Shown here: positions 21,739 to 33,480 of the stretch, piece after piece
How the letters are laid out: each line of letters begins with the position of its first letter
Numbering within the stretch: the first letter of the stretch is position 1
From: an uncultured candidatus Porisulfidus sp.
GTDB lineage: Bacteria > Pseudomonadota > Gammaproteobacteria > Poriferisulfidales > Oxydemutatoraceae
Assembly (NCBI GenBank): GCA_965215125.1
Contig: OZ244052.1
Coordinates: 768,001-832,000 of the forward strand
Length of the DNA stretch: 64,000 nt
Reading direction: 5' to 3'
Notes under the pieces: model-generated
Told to the model about the DNA's origin: nothing
The model's database searches: none
What the model saw: only the letters and a program-made list of their open reading frames with translations
Made by a program: the position numbers and the translations under genes

Positions 21739-22283
21739 AATTTAGAACTTTGCATAAAATTTCTATCGAAGCAAGGGCCCGGATCGGTCTTTCGGCCGGG
21801 CGATATATCGCTATGGTACGTGATACGCGTTGGGGTCAGCTTAGGATAAGCAACCGTCAATGCAGATACGACTGAGCGCAGATATTCATATTGCTGCTGT
21901 TCGTACGGCTCCGTCTCGCAACCTTCGATTTCTATGCCGATAGAAAAATCATTGCAATTCGGTCGTCCTTCGTAGCTCGAGCGGCCGGCGTGCCAAGCAC
22001 GGCGGTGGAATGGAACGAATTGTATTATTTGTCCGTTGCGGCGTATTAATAAATGTGCGGATACATGCAAATCTTCCTCTAATTCTAAAGCCCTGGATTG
22101 TTCCGCCGTAAATCGGTTGGTAAATAATTGTTCTATCTCGGGGCCTCCATAATGACCGGGCGGCAGGCTGATGCAGTGAATTACTATAAGGTCGATTTCC
22201 GCCTGCGGCGGGCGCGCGTCGTTATTCGGAGAGGGTACATATCGGACACCTTCCAACAAGTGTTGCACTAAATCAACCTTCAT
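21735..22283 (-). CDS. ampD: 1,6-anhydro-N-acetylmuramyl-L-alanine amidase
   Basis: [34 protein letters not shown]. Confidence 0.95.
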   Translation of the reverse strand: MKVDLVQHLLEGVRYVPSPNNDARPPQAEIDLIVIHCISLPPGHYGGPEIEQLFTNRFTAEQSRALELEEDLHVSAHLLIRRNGQIIQFVPFHRRAWHAGRSSYEGRPNCNDFSIGIEIEGCETEPYEQQQYEYLRSVVSALTVAYPKLTPTRITYHSDISPGRKTDPGPCFDRNFMQSSKL

Positions 22284-22783
22284 CGCTCACCCAGAACTTC
22301 TGCATAATATTTCAATATCACATCGTCAAAACACGCAAAAATAATGTTCATTCCATTCCCGTATTGTGTGCAGCTACGCACCGCGATTTGAACCGCAGAA
22401 TCTATAGGATAACCGTAAACACCACAGCTGATTGCAGGAAATGCGATGCTATTTAGAGATAGCTCTTGGGCTATGTTCAAACTATTCCGATAGCAGGCTT
22501 CCAATAATTGTGCTTCGTTTGCCTCGCCACCTTTCCATACCGGCCCTACCGTATGTATCACATAAGGTGCCGGCAAACGGTAGGCTTTGGTCAACCGTGC
22601 CTCGCCGGTAGGGCATCCGCCTAAGGTTTTACATTCCTCCAATAATTCGGGGCCTGCAGCACGATGTATCGCACCGTCAACACCCCCGCCGCCCAACAAT
22701 GTATTGTTGGCAGCGTTGACGATTGCATCAACCTCGAGTCGAGTAATATCTGTTTTAATCGCTCGGAGATCGGGTTTCATCAC
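22280..22783 (-). CDS. Macrodomain O-acetyl-ADP-ribose deacetylase (YmdB-like)
   Basis: [43 protein letters not shown]. Confidence 0.93.
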   Translation of the reverse strand: MMKPDLRAIKTDITRLEVDAIVNAANNTLLGGGGVDGAIHRAAGPELLEECKTLGGCPTGEARLTKAYRLPAPYVIHTVGPVWKGGEANEAQLLEACYRNSLNIAQELSLNSIAFPAISCGVYGYPIDSAVQIAVRSCTQYGNGMNIIFACFDDVILKYYAEVLGER

Positions 22784-22819
22784 AGGTTTTAATCAAAGTA
22801 GGCAGAATGAAAAATAATA

Positions 22820-23701
22820 TCAATGCTTAATCAACGTGCCTACACCACCGTCGGTTAACAACTCAAGCAATACGGCATGGGAAGTGCGTCCGTCTATGAT
22901 ATGTGCCGATTCAGCCCCTTTACTAATTGCCCTCAAGGCACAGGAAACCTTGGGCAGCATACCGCCGTGTATAGTCTCCTGTTCTATCAGTCTAGAGATT
23001 TCCGAACTGGAAGCTTCAACGATTAATTTACCTTGATTGTCAAGCAGACCCTCGGTATTTGTCATCAAAATCAGCTTTTCGGCTTTCAAATGCTGTGCGA
23101 TACTGCTTGCCACCCAATCTGCGTTGATGTTATAACATTCGCCCTCGCCACCGATTCCTAGAGGAGAGACCACCGGAATATATGTAGGATGGCGTACCAG
23201 TTCGCCAAACTCGGCAGAAATATCGCTCACTTTTCCAACCATGCCTAAATCTACTCTTCCTGGTATGCCCCCTGAAGTCTCAAGTTTAGTTGCCTTTATC
23301 AACCCGTCGGCTATGATGCTTTGCGCTTCTCCCTCGTGCTCTTTTATATATTGGGTGATGCTGGTGTTGATGGTTCGCAAGGTACTTGCGATTATATTTA
23401 TAGCCGCCTTGTCGGTGACGCGCAAGCCGTGAACAAATTTACTTTCTATACCGGCTGCCTTTAGATTTGCGGAAATATCGGAACCGCCGCCGTGGACGAT
23501 TACCGGATGGATACCGACCGCTTTCAATAATACAATATCCCTCGCAAAACTATGCTTCAATCGCTCTTCGGTCATCGCACTACCGCCGTATTTGATAACG
23601 ATTGTCTTGTTGCAAAATTTCTGTATATAAGGCAACGCCTCGCTTAATATCTTAACTTTATCTCTGTTGCTCAAGTTGTCCGTCATCGTTGATCCCGTCA
23701 A
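22820..23701 (-). CDS. argB: Acetylglutamate kinase
   Basis: IKYGGSAM, VHGGG, NINAD, GGMLPK, LLELLTDGGVGT. Confidence 0.96.
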   Translation of the reverse strand: MTGSTMTDNLSNRDKVKILSEALPYIQKFCNKTIVIKYGGSAMTEERLKHSFARDIVLLKAVGIHPVIVHGGGSDISANLKAAGIESKFVHGLRVTDKAAINIIASTLRTINTSITQYIKEHEGEAQSIIADGLIKATKLETSGGIPGRVDLGMVGKVSDISAEFGELVRHPTYIPVVSPLGIGGEGECYNINADWVASSIAQHLKAEKLILMTNTEGLLDNQGKLIVEASSSEISRLIEQETIHGGMLPKVSCALRAISKGAESAHIIDGRTSHAVLLELLTDGGVGTLIKH

Positions 23702-25071
23702 AATGGCATTTGCAAGGAGGGTTCTACGAACAATAATTGTTTTCTAAAAATATCTTTTATTTCGTTAAGCCGGGCCTCGTTGTCGGCTTCAAAGCGCACG
23801 ACCAAACACGGTGTGGTGTTAGATGCACGCACCAACCCCCAACCGTCCTCGTAATCAACGCGTACGCCGTCGGTATAATCAAGCTGTGCATCCTCGAAAA
23901 AAGCCAGCTTTAGAAAGCGGTCCATAAAGGTATGCTGATCTCCCTCGTCTTTTAGATGTATATTCAATTCCGGTGTATTGATGCCTTGAGGAAACACGGC
24001 AAACATCTCGCTACAAGTTTGGGCACCGGCAGCGTAGATCTCTAAGAGACGCGCCGCCGTATATAAAGCATCGTCAAAACCGTACCAGCGGTCATTGAAA
24101 AAAATATGCCCACTCATCTCGCCTGCCAAAAGCGCGCCGGTTTGTTTGAGCGTAGACTTGACATACGAATGTCCGGTCCTACACATTCGAGGTTTGCCAC
24201 CGTTTTTTGCTATTACTTCGGGCAAGTGGCTTGAAGATTTAACATCGTAGACGATGCAAGCACCCGGTTGATGCCGCAATAGATCTTGCGCGTAAGCCAT
24301 CATCTGAAGATCAGGCCATATAATATTGCCTAATTCGTCTACTACGCCTAGACGATCTCCATCGCCGTCAAAAGCAATACCGAGTTCCGAGTGCTGCGTT
24401 TTCACTTCGGCTATCAAATCTACGAGATTTTTCTCGTCGCTGGGGTTGGCATGATGATTGGGGAAATTTCCGTCTATATCACAATACAAACAGTGCAATT
24501 CACATCCCAGAGCCTCGAATAACGCAGCAACATAGGGACCTGCGACACCGTTTCCACAATCGGCAACGAGCCTGACCGGACGCGTGATACGAATATCCGA
24601 TACTACTTTGTTTATATAAGGTTCTAGTACGTTGCGTTGCTCATAACCACCTCGTCCTTTTTTGAAATGTCCTTTGACTACATCATGGTATAGAGCCTGC
24701 ACCTCGTCACCCGCCAGTGTATGCTCGGCAACCATCATCTTTAGCCCGTTATAATTCGGAGGGTTATGGCTCCCGGTTATCATCAAACCGCAACCTGCTC
24801 CGTATTCATAAGCGGCAAAATACAGTACCGGTGTAGGTACTGCTCCCACATCTATTACTCGTACGCCTGCCGATTGTAAACCGTCCGATAATGCCTCGGC
24901 AAAGCGAGGACTCGATAGTCTTCCGTCGCGGCCCAGTACAAAGCGCGATGCATCGGGGTAACGGGTCGCTATCGCACGACCGATATCATAGACCAGGCTT
25001 TCATCCAGGCCCTTATCGACTATACCGCGTACATCGTATGCACGAAAAACACGTTGATCTACCGACATCAT
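23698..25071 (-). CDS. algC: Phosphomannomutase/phosphoglucomutase
   Basis: FRAYDVRG, TGSHNP, FDGDGDR, GEMSGH, RASNT; conserved dut-algC-argB order. Confidence 0.93.
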   Translation of the reverse strand: MMSVDQRVFRAYDVRGIVDKGLDESLVYDIGRAIATRYPDASRFVLGRDGRLSSPRFAEALSDGLQSAGVRVIDVGAVPTPVLYFAAYEYGAGCGLMITGSHNPPNYNGLKMMVAEHTLAGDEVQALYHDVVKGHFKKGRGGYEQRNVLEPYINKVVSDIRITRPVRLVADCGNGVAGPYVAALFEALGCELHCLYCDIDGNFPNHHANPSDEKNLVDLIAEVKTQHSELGIAFDGDGDRLGVVDELGNIIWPDLQMMAYAQDLLRHQPGACIVYDVKSSSHLPEVIAKNGGKPRMCRTGHSYVKSTLKQTGALLAGEMSGHIFFNDRWYGFDDALYTAARLLEIYAAGAQTCSEMFAVFPQGINTPELNIHLKDEGDQHTFMDRFLKLAFFEDAQLDYTDGVRVDYEDGWGLVRASNTTPCLVVRFEADNEARLNEIKDIFRKQLLFVEPSLQMPF

Positions 25072-25529
25072 TAATTCTTACCGGAGTGCCCGAAGCCTTT
25101 GTCGCTACGTTGGCTTTGTTCGAATGACTCCACCCTCTCGAAATCAACCTGAACCGTGGGCACAAAAACAAGCTGTGCGATGCGATCTCCGGGATTGATA
25201 TCAAAGCAATCGGCACTGCGATTCCAACAAGAAATATAAATTTCTCCTTGGTAGTCCGAGTCTATTAAGCCAATCAGGTTACCCAACACGATACCGTGTT
25301 TGTGCCCTAAACCGGAGCGAGGCAATACGACCGCTGCAAGCGACGGATCCGCTATATGAATGGCAATACCGCTCGATATCAATTCCACTTGTCCGGGCTT
25401 AAGTTCAAGCACATCGTCTAAACAAGCTCGTAAATCCACACCTGCCGAACCCAAAGTCGCATATTGCGGAAGCGGGTATTGATTACCGATACGCGAATCT
25501 ACGACTTTAAGCTGTATGCGTTGTTTCAT
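25071..25529 (-). CDS. dut: dUTP diphosphatase
   Basis: [33 protein letters not shown]. Confidence 0.97.
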   Translation of the reverse strand: MKQRIQLKVVDSRIGNQYPLPQYATLGSAGVDLRACLDDVLELKPGQVELISSGIAIHIADPSLAAVVLPRSGLGHKHGIVLGNLIGLIDSDYQGEIYISCWNRSADCFDINPGDRIAQLVFVPTVQVDFERVESFEQSQRSDKGFGHSGKN

Positions 25530-26751
25530 AAACTCGTGTATGTTCGTAGTAATCAACGATATGCTTGATAATTGCTTTCCCTAAATTGATCTTTGAGTCC
25601 GGACCAAGTTCTACCTTAGCGTTGCGCTTATATACGATTACTTTGTTATCGGGTGTGTCAAAACCGTAAGAATAATTCGTACCGACTTTGTTAGCAACAA
25701 TCATATCCAAACCTTTGGCAAGCAATTTTTTCTTAGCGTTGCGTTCAAGGTCTAGGGTTTCGGCGGCAAAGCCGACCAAAAGGGGACGCGGCTGCATCGT
25801 CCCGACCGTTGCTAAAATATCGGGCGTTTGAGTCAGATGCAAGCGCATCGTTTGCTTATCGCGCTTGATTTTATGGTCGGAAATTTGCTGCGCCCGATAA
25901 TCACCGACTGCAGCACAAGCAATGAAAATATGCGCATCGTGCACAACCCGAAGTGTTGTTTGCAGCATATCGTCGGCGGACGATACATCGTATCTCTTAA
26001 CTCGCTTCGGTGTCTCCAATGAGACCGGGCCGGCGATTAAATGTACATCGGCTCCCGACTCGACGGCAGCGGCGGCTAATGCAAAACCCATACGACCCGA
26101 ACTTCGGTTTGTAATATAGCGTACCGGGTCTATCATTTCGTGCGTAGGTCCTGCGGTGATAACGACTTTATATCGGCTTAAGGTTTTACCGCAACCTAAT
26201 AATTGAATGACGCGGTGGACCAACTCCGAAGGCTCCAGCATGCGCCCTTCGCCCTCAGCACCACACGCCTGCTCGCCGCTGTCCGGTCCCCAAATCGTCA
26301 TGCCGAAACTGCGTATCTTTTCAACATTGCCTCGTACTGCCGAGTGTAGCCACATGTGTTTGTTCATCGCCGGAGCGAGTATTAACTTGTTATCGGAAGC
26401 AATGCACACCGTAGATAATAAATCGTCGGCGATCCCGTGCGCCAGTTTGGCAATGAAGTTAGCCGTAGCCGGTGCGATCATAATTACATCCGCCCAACGA
26501 GCCAAGTCTATATGCTTCATTCCGGTGCCTTCGGCCTCGTCAAATTGCTGCGACTCAACCGGATGCCCCGACAACGCTTGTAAGGTCAAATTTGTTATAA
26601 AAGCCTGTGCCGAGGGTGTGGTGATTACGCGAACCTCTGCACCTCGCTTACGCAATTCGCGTACCAAATAAGCACTTTTATAAGCTGCGATACTACCGCA
26701 AACGCCTAATAATAATCTCTTTCCGTTTAAGTCTTGCGCATCCGATTGCAT
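25507..26751 (-). CDS. coaBC: Phosphopantothenoylcysteine decarboxylase/synthase
   Basis: [46 protein letters not shown]. Confidence 0.97.
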   Translation of the reverse strand: MQSDAQDLNGKRLLLGVCGSIAAYKSAYLVRELRKRGAEVRVITTPSAQAFITNLTLQALSGHPVESQQFDEAEGTGMKHIDLARWADVIMIAPATANFIAKLAHGIADDLLSTVCIASDNKLILAPAMNKHMWLHSAVRGNVEKIRSFGMTIWGPDSGEQACGAEGEGRMLEPSELVHRVIQLLGCGKTLSRYKVVITAGPTHEMIDPVRYITNRSSGRMGFALAAAAVESGADVHLIAGPVSLETPKRVKRYDVSSADDMLQTTLRVVHDAHIFIACAAVGDYRAQQISDHKIKRDKQTMRLHLTQTPDILATVGTMQPRPLLVGFAAETLDLERNAKKKLLAKGLDMIVANKVGTNYSYGFDTPDNKVIVYKRNAKVELGPDSKINLGKAIIKHIVDYYEHTRVYETTHTA

Positions 26752-26785
26752 GATTATTACTTGTGTTTTTGATCTTAACCGTAAA

Positions 26786-28732
26786 TTAAAAAGGTAATTT
26801 TAGCTTATCCTTTAACCCTTCCAATAGATCCCCTTTGATTTTATCTTTTATCTTCTCTTCAACATCACCTATTTTTTCTTCCACTTTTTCCTTGACGCCG
26901 CTTTTATTCAATAATCCGTCCTTGATTAGATTGCTCAAGTCGGGCTTGTATTCCGGAGATTCCAAATTGCCCGCAATACGTATAGGTATTTGTATACGCT
27001 CGGCGGACTTCAATCGGGTATAAAGCATATAATCGATCGTTGAATTGACGAGGTTGATCTGTCCCGCTCCTTTTACATCGAATAAAGGCATTTGCACTGC
27101 AAGGTCGTCGTTCTTCGCAATACCTTTGCTCAATAATACACTTGCATTCATCTCGTCAAAGATTAATTCTTTGCCGGCAGTACGACGCGAGCGACCTTCA
27201 AACAAAGCTACTACCCTTTCGATGATCGCCGCAAGTGACTGGTCTTGCAAAGCACCTTCGGTGATACGCACATCGGCTTTGCCGTTGGAGGTTGCCAACA
27301 TTTGCTCATAATCACCCAGAGTCCCTGCTAAAGCCAGCTTGATCTGTGCTTTTCCGCGTACGGTTGCTTGGCGATCGGCACTCAATGCCGACTGTACCTT
27401 GTCTATCGGAACTTGGTCGGCAGACAACCTCATTTTATAGGTGTTGGATGCCGAGTTCAACTCGGCATTTGCGGAGATTCGACCTTGATGAAAATCGGCT
27501 CGTTGCAAATTCAGCACTATCCGATCTCCGATCATAGAGCTTGTCAACAAAATCTGTTTTAGCTGTAAAGCATCATAATTGAGTGTCGGGATCGCGATAT
27601 CAACCTTGGGGTTTTCGTATAAATCGCTAAACTTGCCACGCCCCTCCACCTGCATATCACCGTATGAAACCTTGAACCTATCGATTGCAAAGTCGCCTTT
27701 CAGTAATGCTTTATTGTGCTCGGCAGTGAATTGTAAATTCAAACTTTCGTCCAAACCCTCCACTTGTGCCGATGTGTTTAGATTATTAAGTTGTACAACC
27801 GCCACCGACGGATCGGGCAACAACTCGGCTTTAACTTTAAGGCTTGCGGCCAATGCTTCGATATCTTCCGACAGTCCGTCGGCACGCGCATCTAGTTCAA
27901 TAGGAATCGCTTTATCTGCCGATAAGGTACCGTCTCTCAATTCAAAACCGTCCACTTTAGCATTGACACGAGCAACCAAAGGTGTGTCGGCTTGCGTCAA
28001 TTGTACTTGAACATCCACATCGCCGATTTTTACATCGCCGGTAGATAAATTAGGTAGCAACTCGGTGTTCAATGCCACTTGGGCATTTAGACCTCTTAAA
28101 CCCTCCGACAACGAATTAATATCCGCGCTTAAGGAGATCGGAGTAGGCTCATCGAACGATAAAGCACCGCTGCTAAAATTCAGATTATCAACCGCTATAC
28201 GTGTATCGTTTAGACGGTCATCCCAGAGTAAGTAGCCGTCTTGTAATGCGATACCACCGAAGCTGGTTAATGCGACCGCTTGAGAAGCGTCGACTGTCGT
28301 ATCTTCGGTTGTTTTTTGGTTCTCCCCGACGAGTAGTTTGAGGTCGTCAAAATTGAATTGACCCTGGGCATTTCGTATAACATTCGCTTTGATCCCTTTG
28401 AGGACTATGCCGTCTACCTGTGCTTCCTGTCTCAACAAAGGTAATAACTTTAACCCTAATTGTATTTCTTGTGCTTCTAAGAACGGTACATTACCGAAAG
28501 CGGGATTTTCTCCGATTTGTAGCCCGGTTGCTGCAATACCCAAAGACGGAAATAGGCTCAAGTTTAGCGTCTTGAGTTCAACCGAACGTTTGCTGTGTTT
28601 TTCGACATACGAGACAAACTGATCCTTATAATCGTTTGCATCGAAGTAATACGCAAACACAGCACCGAGCGCAATAATCAGTACTACTCCGAATAGCAGA
28701 AATAGGAATATTCGTTTTATTAATTTAAGCAT
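26786..28732 (-). CDS. AsmA family protein
   Basis: N-terminal anchor then [23 protein letters not shown]; C-terminal IPIRIAG..P.Y. Confidence 0.85.
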   Translation of the reverse strand: MLKLIKRIFLFLLFGVVLIIALGAVFAYYFDANDYKDQFVSYVEKHSKRSVELKTLNLSLFPSLGIAATGLQIGENPAFGNVPFLEAQEIQLGLKLLPLLRQEAQVDGIVLKGIKANVIRNAQGQFNFDDLKLLVGENQKTTEDTTVDASQAVALTSFGGIALQDGYLLWDDRLNDTRIAVDNLNFSSGALSFDEPTPISLSADINSLSEGLRGLNAQVALNTELLPNLSTGDVKIGDVDVQVQLTQADTPLVARVNAKVDGFELRDGTLSADKAIPIELDARADGLSEDIEALAASLKVKAELLPDPSVAVVQLNNLNTSAQVEGLDESLNLQFTAEHNKALLKGDFAIDRFKVSYGDMQVEGRGKFSDLYENPKVDIAIPTLNYDALQLKQILLTSSMIGDRIVLNLQRADFHQGRISANAELNSASNTYKMRLSADQVPIDKVQSALSADRQATVRGKAQIKLALAGTLGDYEQMLATSNGKADVRITEGALQDQSLAAIIERVVALFEGRSRRTAGKELIFDEMNASVLLSKGIAKNDDLAVQMPLFDVKGAGQINLVNSTIDYMLYTRLKSAERIQIPIRIAGNLESPEYKPDLSNLIKDGLLNKSGVKEKVEEKIGDVEEKIKDKIKGDLLEGLKDKLKLPF

Positions 28733-29210
28733 TTTCTTGGCGACGCCAGATTCCCGAACGCCCTCCGGATTTTTCTATTAGGCGGATGTCACTGATAACC
28801 ATCCCTCTATCCACTGCTTTGCACATATCGTAAATAGTCAGCAGTGCAATTTGAACCGCAGTAATCGCCTCCATTTCCACACCGGTTTTTGCATATACCT
28901 CGGCACGACTACGACAAATAACGGCAGGCGGATCCTGATTAGGTTCAAGGCTAAGGTCTATAGAAGAAAGACCAATCGGGTGACACAACGGTATCAATTC
29001 GGCAGTGCGTTTAGCTGCCATAATACCTGCGAGCCGAGCAACGCCCAATACATCACCTTTGGCAGATTCTCCGGCTAAGATCGTTTGTAGCGTTTGCGCC
29101 TTTAGTAAAATGCGTCCTTCGGCAATTGCCACCCTATGGGTGACGGCTTTATCGCCGACATCGACCATTCTTGCGTTGCCTTGTTTATCAAAATGCGTTA
29201 ATCCAGACAT
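28725..29210 (-). CDS. moaC: Cyclic pyranopterin monophosphate synthase
   Basis: LTHFD..G.ARMVDV, LIPLCHP, TGVEMEA, KSGG. Confidence 0.97.
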   Translation of the reverse strand: MSGLTHFDKQGNARMVDVGDKAVTHRVAIAEGRILLKAQTLQTILAGESAKGDVLGVARLAGIMAAKRTAELIPLCHPIGLSSIDLSLEPNQDPPAVICRSRAEVYAKTGVEMEAITAVQIALLTIYDMCKAVDRGMVISDIRLIEKSGGRSGIWRRQENA

Positions 29211-29272
29211 ATCTTTTTTTAATTTAATACGCGGTAAAATAGTTTATTTGAGTACCAAAATAAGAGTATAGC

Positions 29273-29500
29273 ATGATAAAAGTTAGATATTTCGCATCGC
29301 TGCGCGAGCAAATAGGGCGAGACCTAGACATTATAGAAGATACCGACGACATATCGTCGGTGAAAGAACTGAAGATTAGCTTATCGAGCGTATTGCCACC
29401 GCAAACTTTATGTGCGGTCAACTACGAGTATGCCGACGAAGATGCACCGGTTAAAGACGGCGATGAGGTTGCCTTTTTCCCCCCGGTTACCGGCGGGTAA
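29273..29500 (+). CDS. moaD: Molybdopterin synthase sulfur carrier
   Basis: YFASLRE...DGDEVAFFPPVTGG. Confidence 0.95.
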   Translation: MIKVRYFASLREQIGRDLDIIEDTDDISSVKELKISLSSVLPPQTLCAVNYEYADEDAPVKDGDEVAFFPPVTGG

Positions 29501-29538
29501 TGACAAAGGACATACAAAAATAGGATACTAACTAAGAA

Positions 29539-30891
29539 TTAGCGCAATACCAGAAACATTGAATAACTGCCACGTAGTATCTTCAGTAGCAAAGGTTTAT
29601 CTGCTTCGATTAAAGCTTCAAAATCATCAAAATCTCTCACAACCCGACGGTTTGTTGCCACGATAATATCGCCTTGTCGCAAACCATTGCGTTGCGCAGC
29701 ACTACCGGCTTTGACTTCCTTAATCTCTATGCCGGGTTTTTCCGGATTATCGCTCTCCGACAAAACAGTACCCGAGAGACGTCTATCATAGCGATCACCA
29801 TCGGTACTCGCTATTTTCCTAGCGGTGATATAAGCGGTTATCTCAAGTTCGTCATCATCTCTCAGAACCTCTAATACAACTTTGGATCCCATGCGAAGCA
29901 ATCCTATGTAGTTTCTTATATCGGCACTATTCTCAATTGCTTTACCATTGACCGACAAGATAATATCACCCGGTTCAATACCCGATTTTTCAGCCGAAGA
30001 ACCGGGTTCAACCTCGGTGATAACCACACCTTTTTCTTGATCTAGACCAAATGCATCGGCTAAATCTTGAGTCAATGTTTGAACGATGACACCCAAGCGA
30101 CCCCGCTTAACTTCACCGTGTTCGATCAATTGCTCGGTGATATTCATTGCCATATTAACCGGTATCGCAAAACCTATACCGACATTTCGACTGGCTCCCA
30201 AAATAGCCGTGTTAATTCCTATCAAGCGGCCTTCTAGATCAACCAAAGCACCACCCGAATTACCGGGGTTGATTGACGCGTCGGTTTGTATAAAGTCTTC
30301 GTACGACTCTATCCCCAAGCCGCTACGCCCCAGCGCACTGACAATGCCTAAGGTTACGGTATGTGCGAGTTGAAAAGGATTACCGATAGCAACGGCAAAA
30401 TCGCCTACTTTAATCGCTTCCGAATCACCTATCGCTATCTCCACTAAATCTTCCGCATCTATTTCTATCACTGCAATATCGGCTTCTTCGTCAATACCGA
30501 CGACTTCAGCCGTATAGCGTCTGTCGTTGTCCAAGGTCACATAGATCGTGTCGGCTGCTTTGACTACATGCGCATTGGTAATGATATAGCCTTCTTCGGC
30601 ATTGATAATAACACCCGAACCCGCACCGCTACGGCGGCGTTCCTGTTTTTGCCCTTCTTCAAATTCCGGAAAACCGAAAAAGCGTCTAAAAAAGGGATCG
30701 TTGGAGAAAGGATGTGGGCGACGATAAATTTCTATAACCTCCTCGGTTGCGATATTAACCACTGCCGGCATGGTTCTCTCCAACATAGGTGCCAAAGTCG
30801 GTAATGCGCCCGCCGATGTTGCAGCATAGACCGTTATAGTAGCCGACAATAATGCAAATGCGGTGGACAAAGTAATAAAAGTTTTTTTCAT
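29539..30891 (-). CDS. Periplasmic Do/DegQ serine endoprotease with two PDZ domains
   Basis: Signal peptide, TNAHV, FIQTDASINPGNSGG, GIGFAIP. Confidence 0.93.
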   Translation of the reverse strand: MKKTFITLSTAFALLSATITVYAATSAGALPTLAPMLERTMPAVVNIATEEVIEIYRRPHPFSNDPFFRRFFGFPEFEEGQKQERRRSGAGSGVIINAEEGYIITNAHVVKAADTIYVTLDNDRRYTAEVVGIDEEADIAVIEIDAEDLVEIAIGDSEAIKVGDFAVAIGNPFQLAHTVTLGIVSALGRSGLGIESYEDFIQTDASINPGNSGGALVDLEGRLIGINTAILGASRNVGIGFAIPVNMAMNITEQLIEHGEVKRGRLGVIVQTLTQDLADAFGLDQEKGVVITEVEPGSSAEKSGIEPGDIILSVNGKAIENSADIRNYIGLLRMGSKVVLEVLRDDDELEITAYITARKIASTDGDRYDRRLSGTVLSESDNPEKPGIEIKEVKAGSAAQRNGLRQGDIIVATNRRVVRDFDDFEALIEADKPLLLKILRGSYSMFLVLR

Positions 30892-30918
30892 CGGAAGGGT
30901 CAAATAAATAATAATAAT

Positions 30919-30945
30919 CCGCGAGCGTGCAAAGCACGCCCGCGG
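30919..30945 (-). terminator. Hairpin terminator/attenuator after hsp20
   Basis: CCGCGAGCGTGC-AAA-GCACGCCCGCGG stem followed on the minus strand by a T-rich run. Confidence 0.6.
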
Positions 30946-30965
30946 GGTTACGGTGTATAACTAAT

Positions 30966-31400
30966 TTAGTTTATAGCTACCGATATTTTTTTAGGTTGCT
31001 TCGATTCCTTTTTTGCTACCGAAATCCTCAACACGCCGTTCTCGTGCTTGGCTGCAACAGTCTCGGTATCGGCGGTCGAAGGCAATGTAAAGTGCCTTTG
31101 ATAACTACCCGAATGACGTTCGGTATGTATATATTGGTCTTTACTATCGCTCACTTCGGACGAATGTTTTGCCGATATCACAAGGCTATTGCCTTCTACA
31201 TGCACATCGATATCGTCTGCTTTGATTCCGGGCAAATCGGCATAAAAAGTCCAACCCGTGTCGCTCTCTTTAACATCCACTGCCGGTATCAACCATTTTC
31301 CAAAATTTTCGCCGTTGCCCGTTTCATGAGGCCAAGCCAACAATTTTTCAAAAGGACCGAACAGTCGGTCAAAGTTCGACAATACTAATGAATTGTTCAT
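30966..31400 (-). CDS. Small heat shock protein (Hsp20)
   Basis: PAVDVKE, ADLPG, ERHSGSYQRHFTLP, ENGVL. Confidence 0.93.
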   Translation of the reverse strand: MNNSLVLSNFDRLFGPFEKLLAWPHETGNGENFGKWLIPAVDVKESDTGWTFYADLPGIKADDIDVHVEGNSLVISAKHSSEVSDSKDQYIHTERHSGSYQRHFTLPSTADTETVAAKHENGVLRISVAKKESKQPKKISVAIN

Positions 31401-31438
31401 TTTCTTTACTCCATAGTTATGTTAATCGGATGTTTATA

Positions 31439-31466
31439 ATATAGAGACGCAATATCGGTTTTCAAG
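31439..31466 (-). promoter_or_regulatory. Sigma32 (RpoH) promoter of hsp20
   Basis: CTTGAAA-N13-CTCTATAT on the minus strand versus consensus CTTGAAA-N13/14-CCCCATNT. Confidence 0.7.
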
Positions 31467-31478
31467 TAATAATCGAAC

Positions 31479-31668
31479 AATAGAACCGCCGAGTAAAACC
31501 GCCACTTGTTGCAGTAGCACAAGTGGCGTAACTTTGTACGAAATCTAAATATTGTGTCCATTAGGAATATTACATACATTAAAATCAATCGGCCTAGGGC
31601 TTGTCCTTACACTGTGCAGAACCTTTGTATGAAAATGTAAGTCGGATAAACTAAGGTTTATCCTCATA
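31479..31668. repeat. Degenerate copy of the MITE-like repeat at 45651
   Basis: Shares AATAGAACCGCC, the GCCACTTG...CAAGTGGC hairpin and GTCGGATAAACTAAGGTTTATCCTCATA. Confidence 0.75.
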
Positions 31669-31704
31669 AGCAATCAAGGTGTGAAAATCAGAAATATCGG
31701 ATAA

Positions 31705-32187
31705 CTAGATGGCTTCAAAACAACCTTTATCTCTATTTTTACGCACCTTGTCGGCTGTAAAGATTTCTCCGTTCATCACAATATAAACACCCGGCTGCAA
31801 TAACCGAACCGAAGCCAACGCAAAACCGGTGTTGAATTCGGCATCGCTATTTTTGAAGCGAGCGGGCTGCATCGCACCCGTTAAAACAATTGTTTTCCCA
31901 TCGATGCCTTGCAAGGCACGCGCGGTTTCTATCATCGTATCGGTACCGTGCACGATGATGAAATGCGTGTTTGTATCTTTTGCTATACGCGCATACAGAA
32001 CGGCACGGTCATCATCGTTGAGGTCTAGACTGTCTTTACTTATGATTGCTTCAACTTGATAATCTAGGGTTACTTTCGCCTGCTCCAATATGGAAGTCAC
32101 CTGAGGATCGCCGATACGATAATCGCTCAACGCATCGTAATATACCTTATCGAAAGTGCCACCCGTGGCAAGAAATATAATTTTCAT
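31705..32187 (-). CDS. Short asparaginase-domain protein
   Basis: TGGTFDK, KDS, HGTDTM, LTGAMQP. Confidence 0.88.
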   Translation of the reverse strand: MKIIFLATGGTFDKVYYDALSDYRIGDPQVTSILEQAKVTLDYQVEAIISKDSLDLNDDDRAVLYARIAKDTNTHFIIVHGTDTMIETARALQGIDGKTIVLTGAMQPARFKNSDAEFNTGFALASVRLLQPGVYIVMNGEIFTADKVRKNRDKGCFEAI

Positions 32188-32256
32188 CTGTATATGCTCT
32201 CGGTCATCGCTTGTTCATCGGTAAATAATAGTTGCTTTCTGATATTATTATAAAAG

Positions 32257-33480
32257 ATGTACGATACTGCTCAAAAATTACGCGCCAAGATTATTGCGGA
32301 TAGCGACCGCTGTGTTATGTGCGGCTTATGTTTACCGCATTGTCCGACTTTCAATATTGAGCGCAACGAAGCCGATTCACCCAGAGGACGTATCGTATTG
32401 GCTAAAGCAATAGCCAAAAAACAGCTGAAAGCAGACGAAAGCGCACGCACACATCTGGAATCGTGTTTGCATTGCTTGCACTGTGAGCAAGTTTGCCCGG
32501 CAAAAGTACCCTACGGGGAATTAATAGATAATATCAAGCATCATTTACATAGGGAACGACAAACAACCCCGATACCGTTATGGCTTAAATTAGTAATCGT
32601 TTCTCGTAAACTACGATTGTTGTTTGCTTTATTTACTAAGCTATACCAATACTCCGGCATACAAGCACGGTTGAGACAATGGAATTTATTCAAACGATCA
32701 ACCGTTGCTCTTTGGGATGCAATGTTAGCCAAGCGATACTATATACTTGCTACAAAACCACGCTCGACAAACAACTCGGAACATAAAACCATAGCTTTGT
32801 TCACCGGCTGTGTCGCAACCATAAGCGACCAAAATACCCTAAAAGCAACCAAAGGACTGCTTGCGGCAACAGGCTTTAAGGTACAGTCAAACAACACGCA
32901 GTATTGTTGTGGGGCTATCCATCAACATGTCGGGGATTCGGAGTACGCAAAACGTTTGATGCTAAAAAACTCTAAGGCGTTCAAACCCGACATTCCTATC
33001 GTATCTTGTGCGAGCGGTTGCGGGGGACGGTTACAGCAATACGATAACGAGATATCAAAACGCCATTACGACATCCATGCCTTTTTAATCGGACACGCTA
33101 AGCATTTGGTTTTTAGAGCATTATCGGAAACTGTTGCATTGCATACGCCGTGCTCAATGCAAAATATATTAAAGCAACAGGAAATGCCGAAACAGCTTTT
33201 GAGGCTAATCCCGAGCTTGTCGGTTATCTCCTTAAAACCCGAAACAACTTGCTGTGGTGCAGCGGGCATACAGATACTGCAACATCAAGCGCAGGGAAAT
33301 GCCTTAGCCGATGATACAATTGATGCCATGAAAAAAACGAATGCCGATATTTTACTAACATCAAATGTGGGCTGTGCGATGCACCTCAGACGTAGAATTT
33401 GGCAACGCAAACTTAAGTATGAAGTCATGCACCCCGTATTATTACTTTATAAACAACTACAAACAACAAAAGACCAATGA
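32257..33480 (+). CDS. GlcF-like Fe-S oxidoreductase subunit
   Basis: Two CxxCxxCxxxCP clusters, SPRGR, two CCG domains. Confidence 0.85.
   Translation: MYDTAQKLRAKIIADSDRCVMCGLCLPHCPTFNIERNEADSPRGRIVLAKAIAKKQLKADESARTHLESCLHCLHCEQVCPAKVPYGELIDNIKHHLHRERQTTPIPLWLKLVIVSRKLRLLFALFTKLYQYSGIQARLRQWNLFKRSTVALWDAMLAKRYYILATKPRSTNNSEHKTIALFTGCVATISDQNTLKATKGLLAATGFKVQSNNTQYCCGAIHQHVGDSEYAKRLMLKNSKAFKPDIPIVSCASGCGGRLQQYDNEISKRHYDIHAFLIGHAKHLVFRALSETVALHTPCSMQNILKQQEMPKQLLRLIPSLSVISLKPETTCCGAAGIQILQHQAQGNALADDTIDAMKKTNADILLTSNVGCAMHLRRRIWQRKLKYEVMHPVLLLYKQLQTTKDQ

Noticed and set aside
22280-22783. Macrodomain protein as part of an ADP-ribosylation toxin-antitoxin or defence system
   Set aside because: Ordinary YmdB-like protein in a housekeeping operon with no neighbouring ADP-ribosyltransferase or sirtuin
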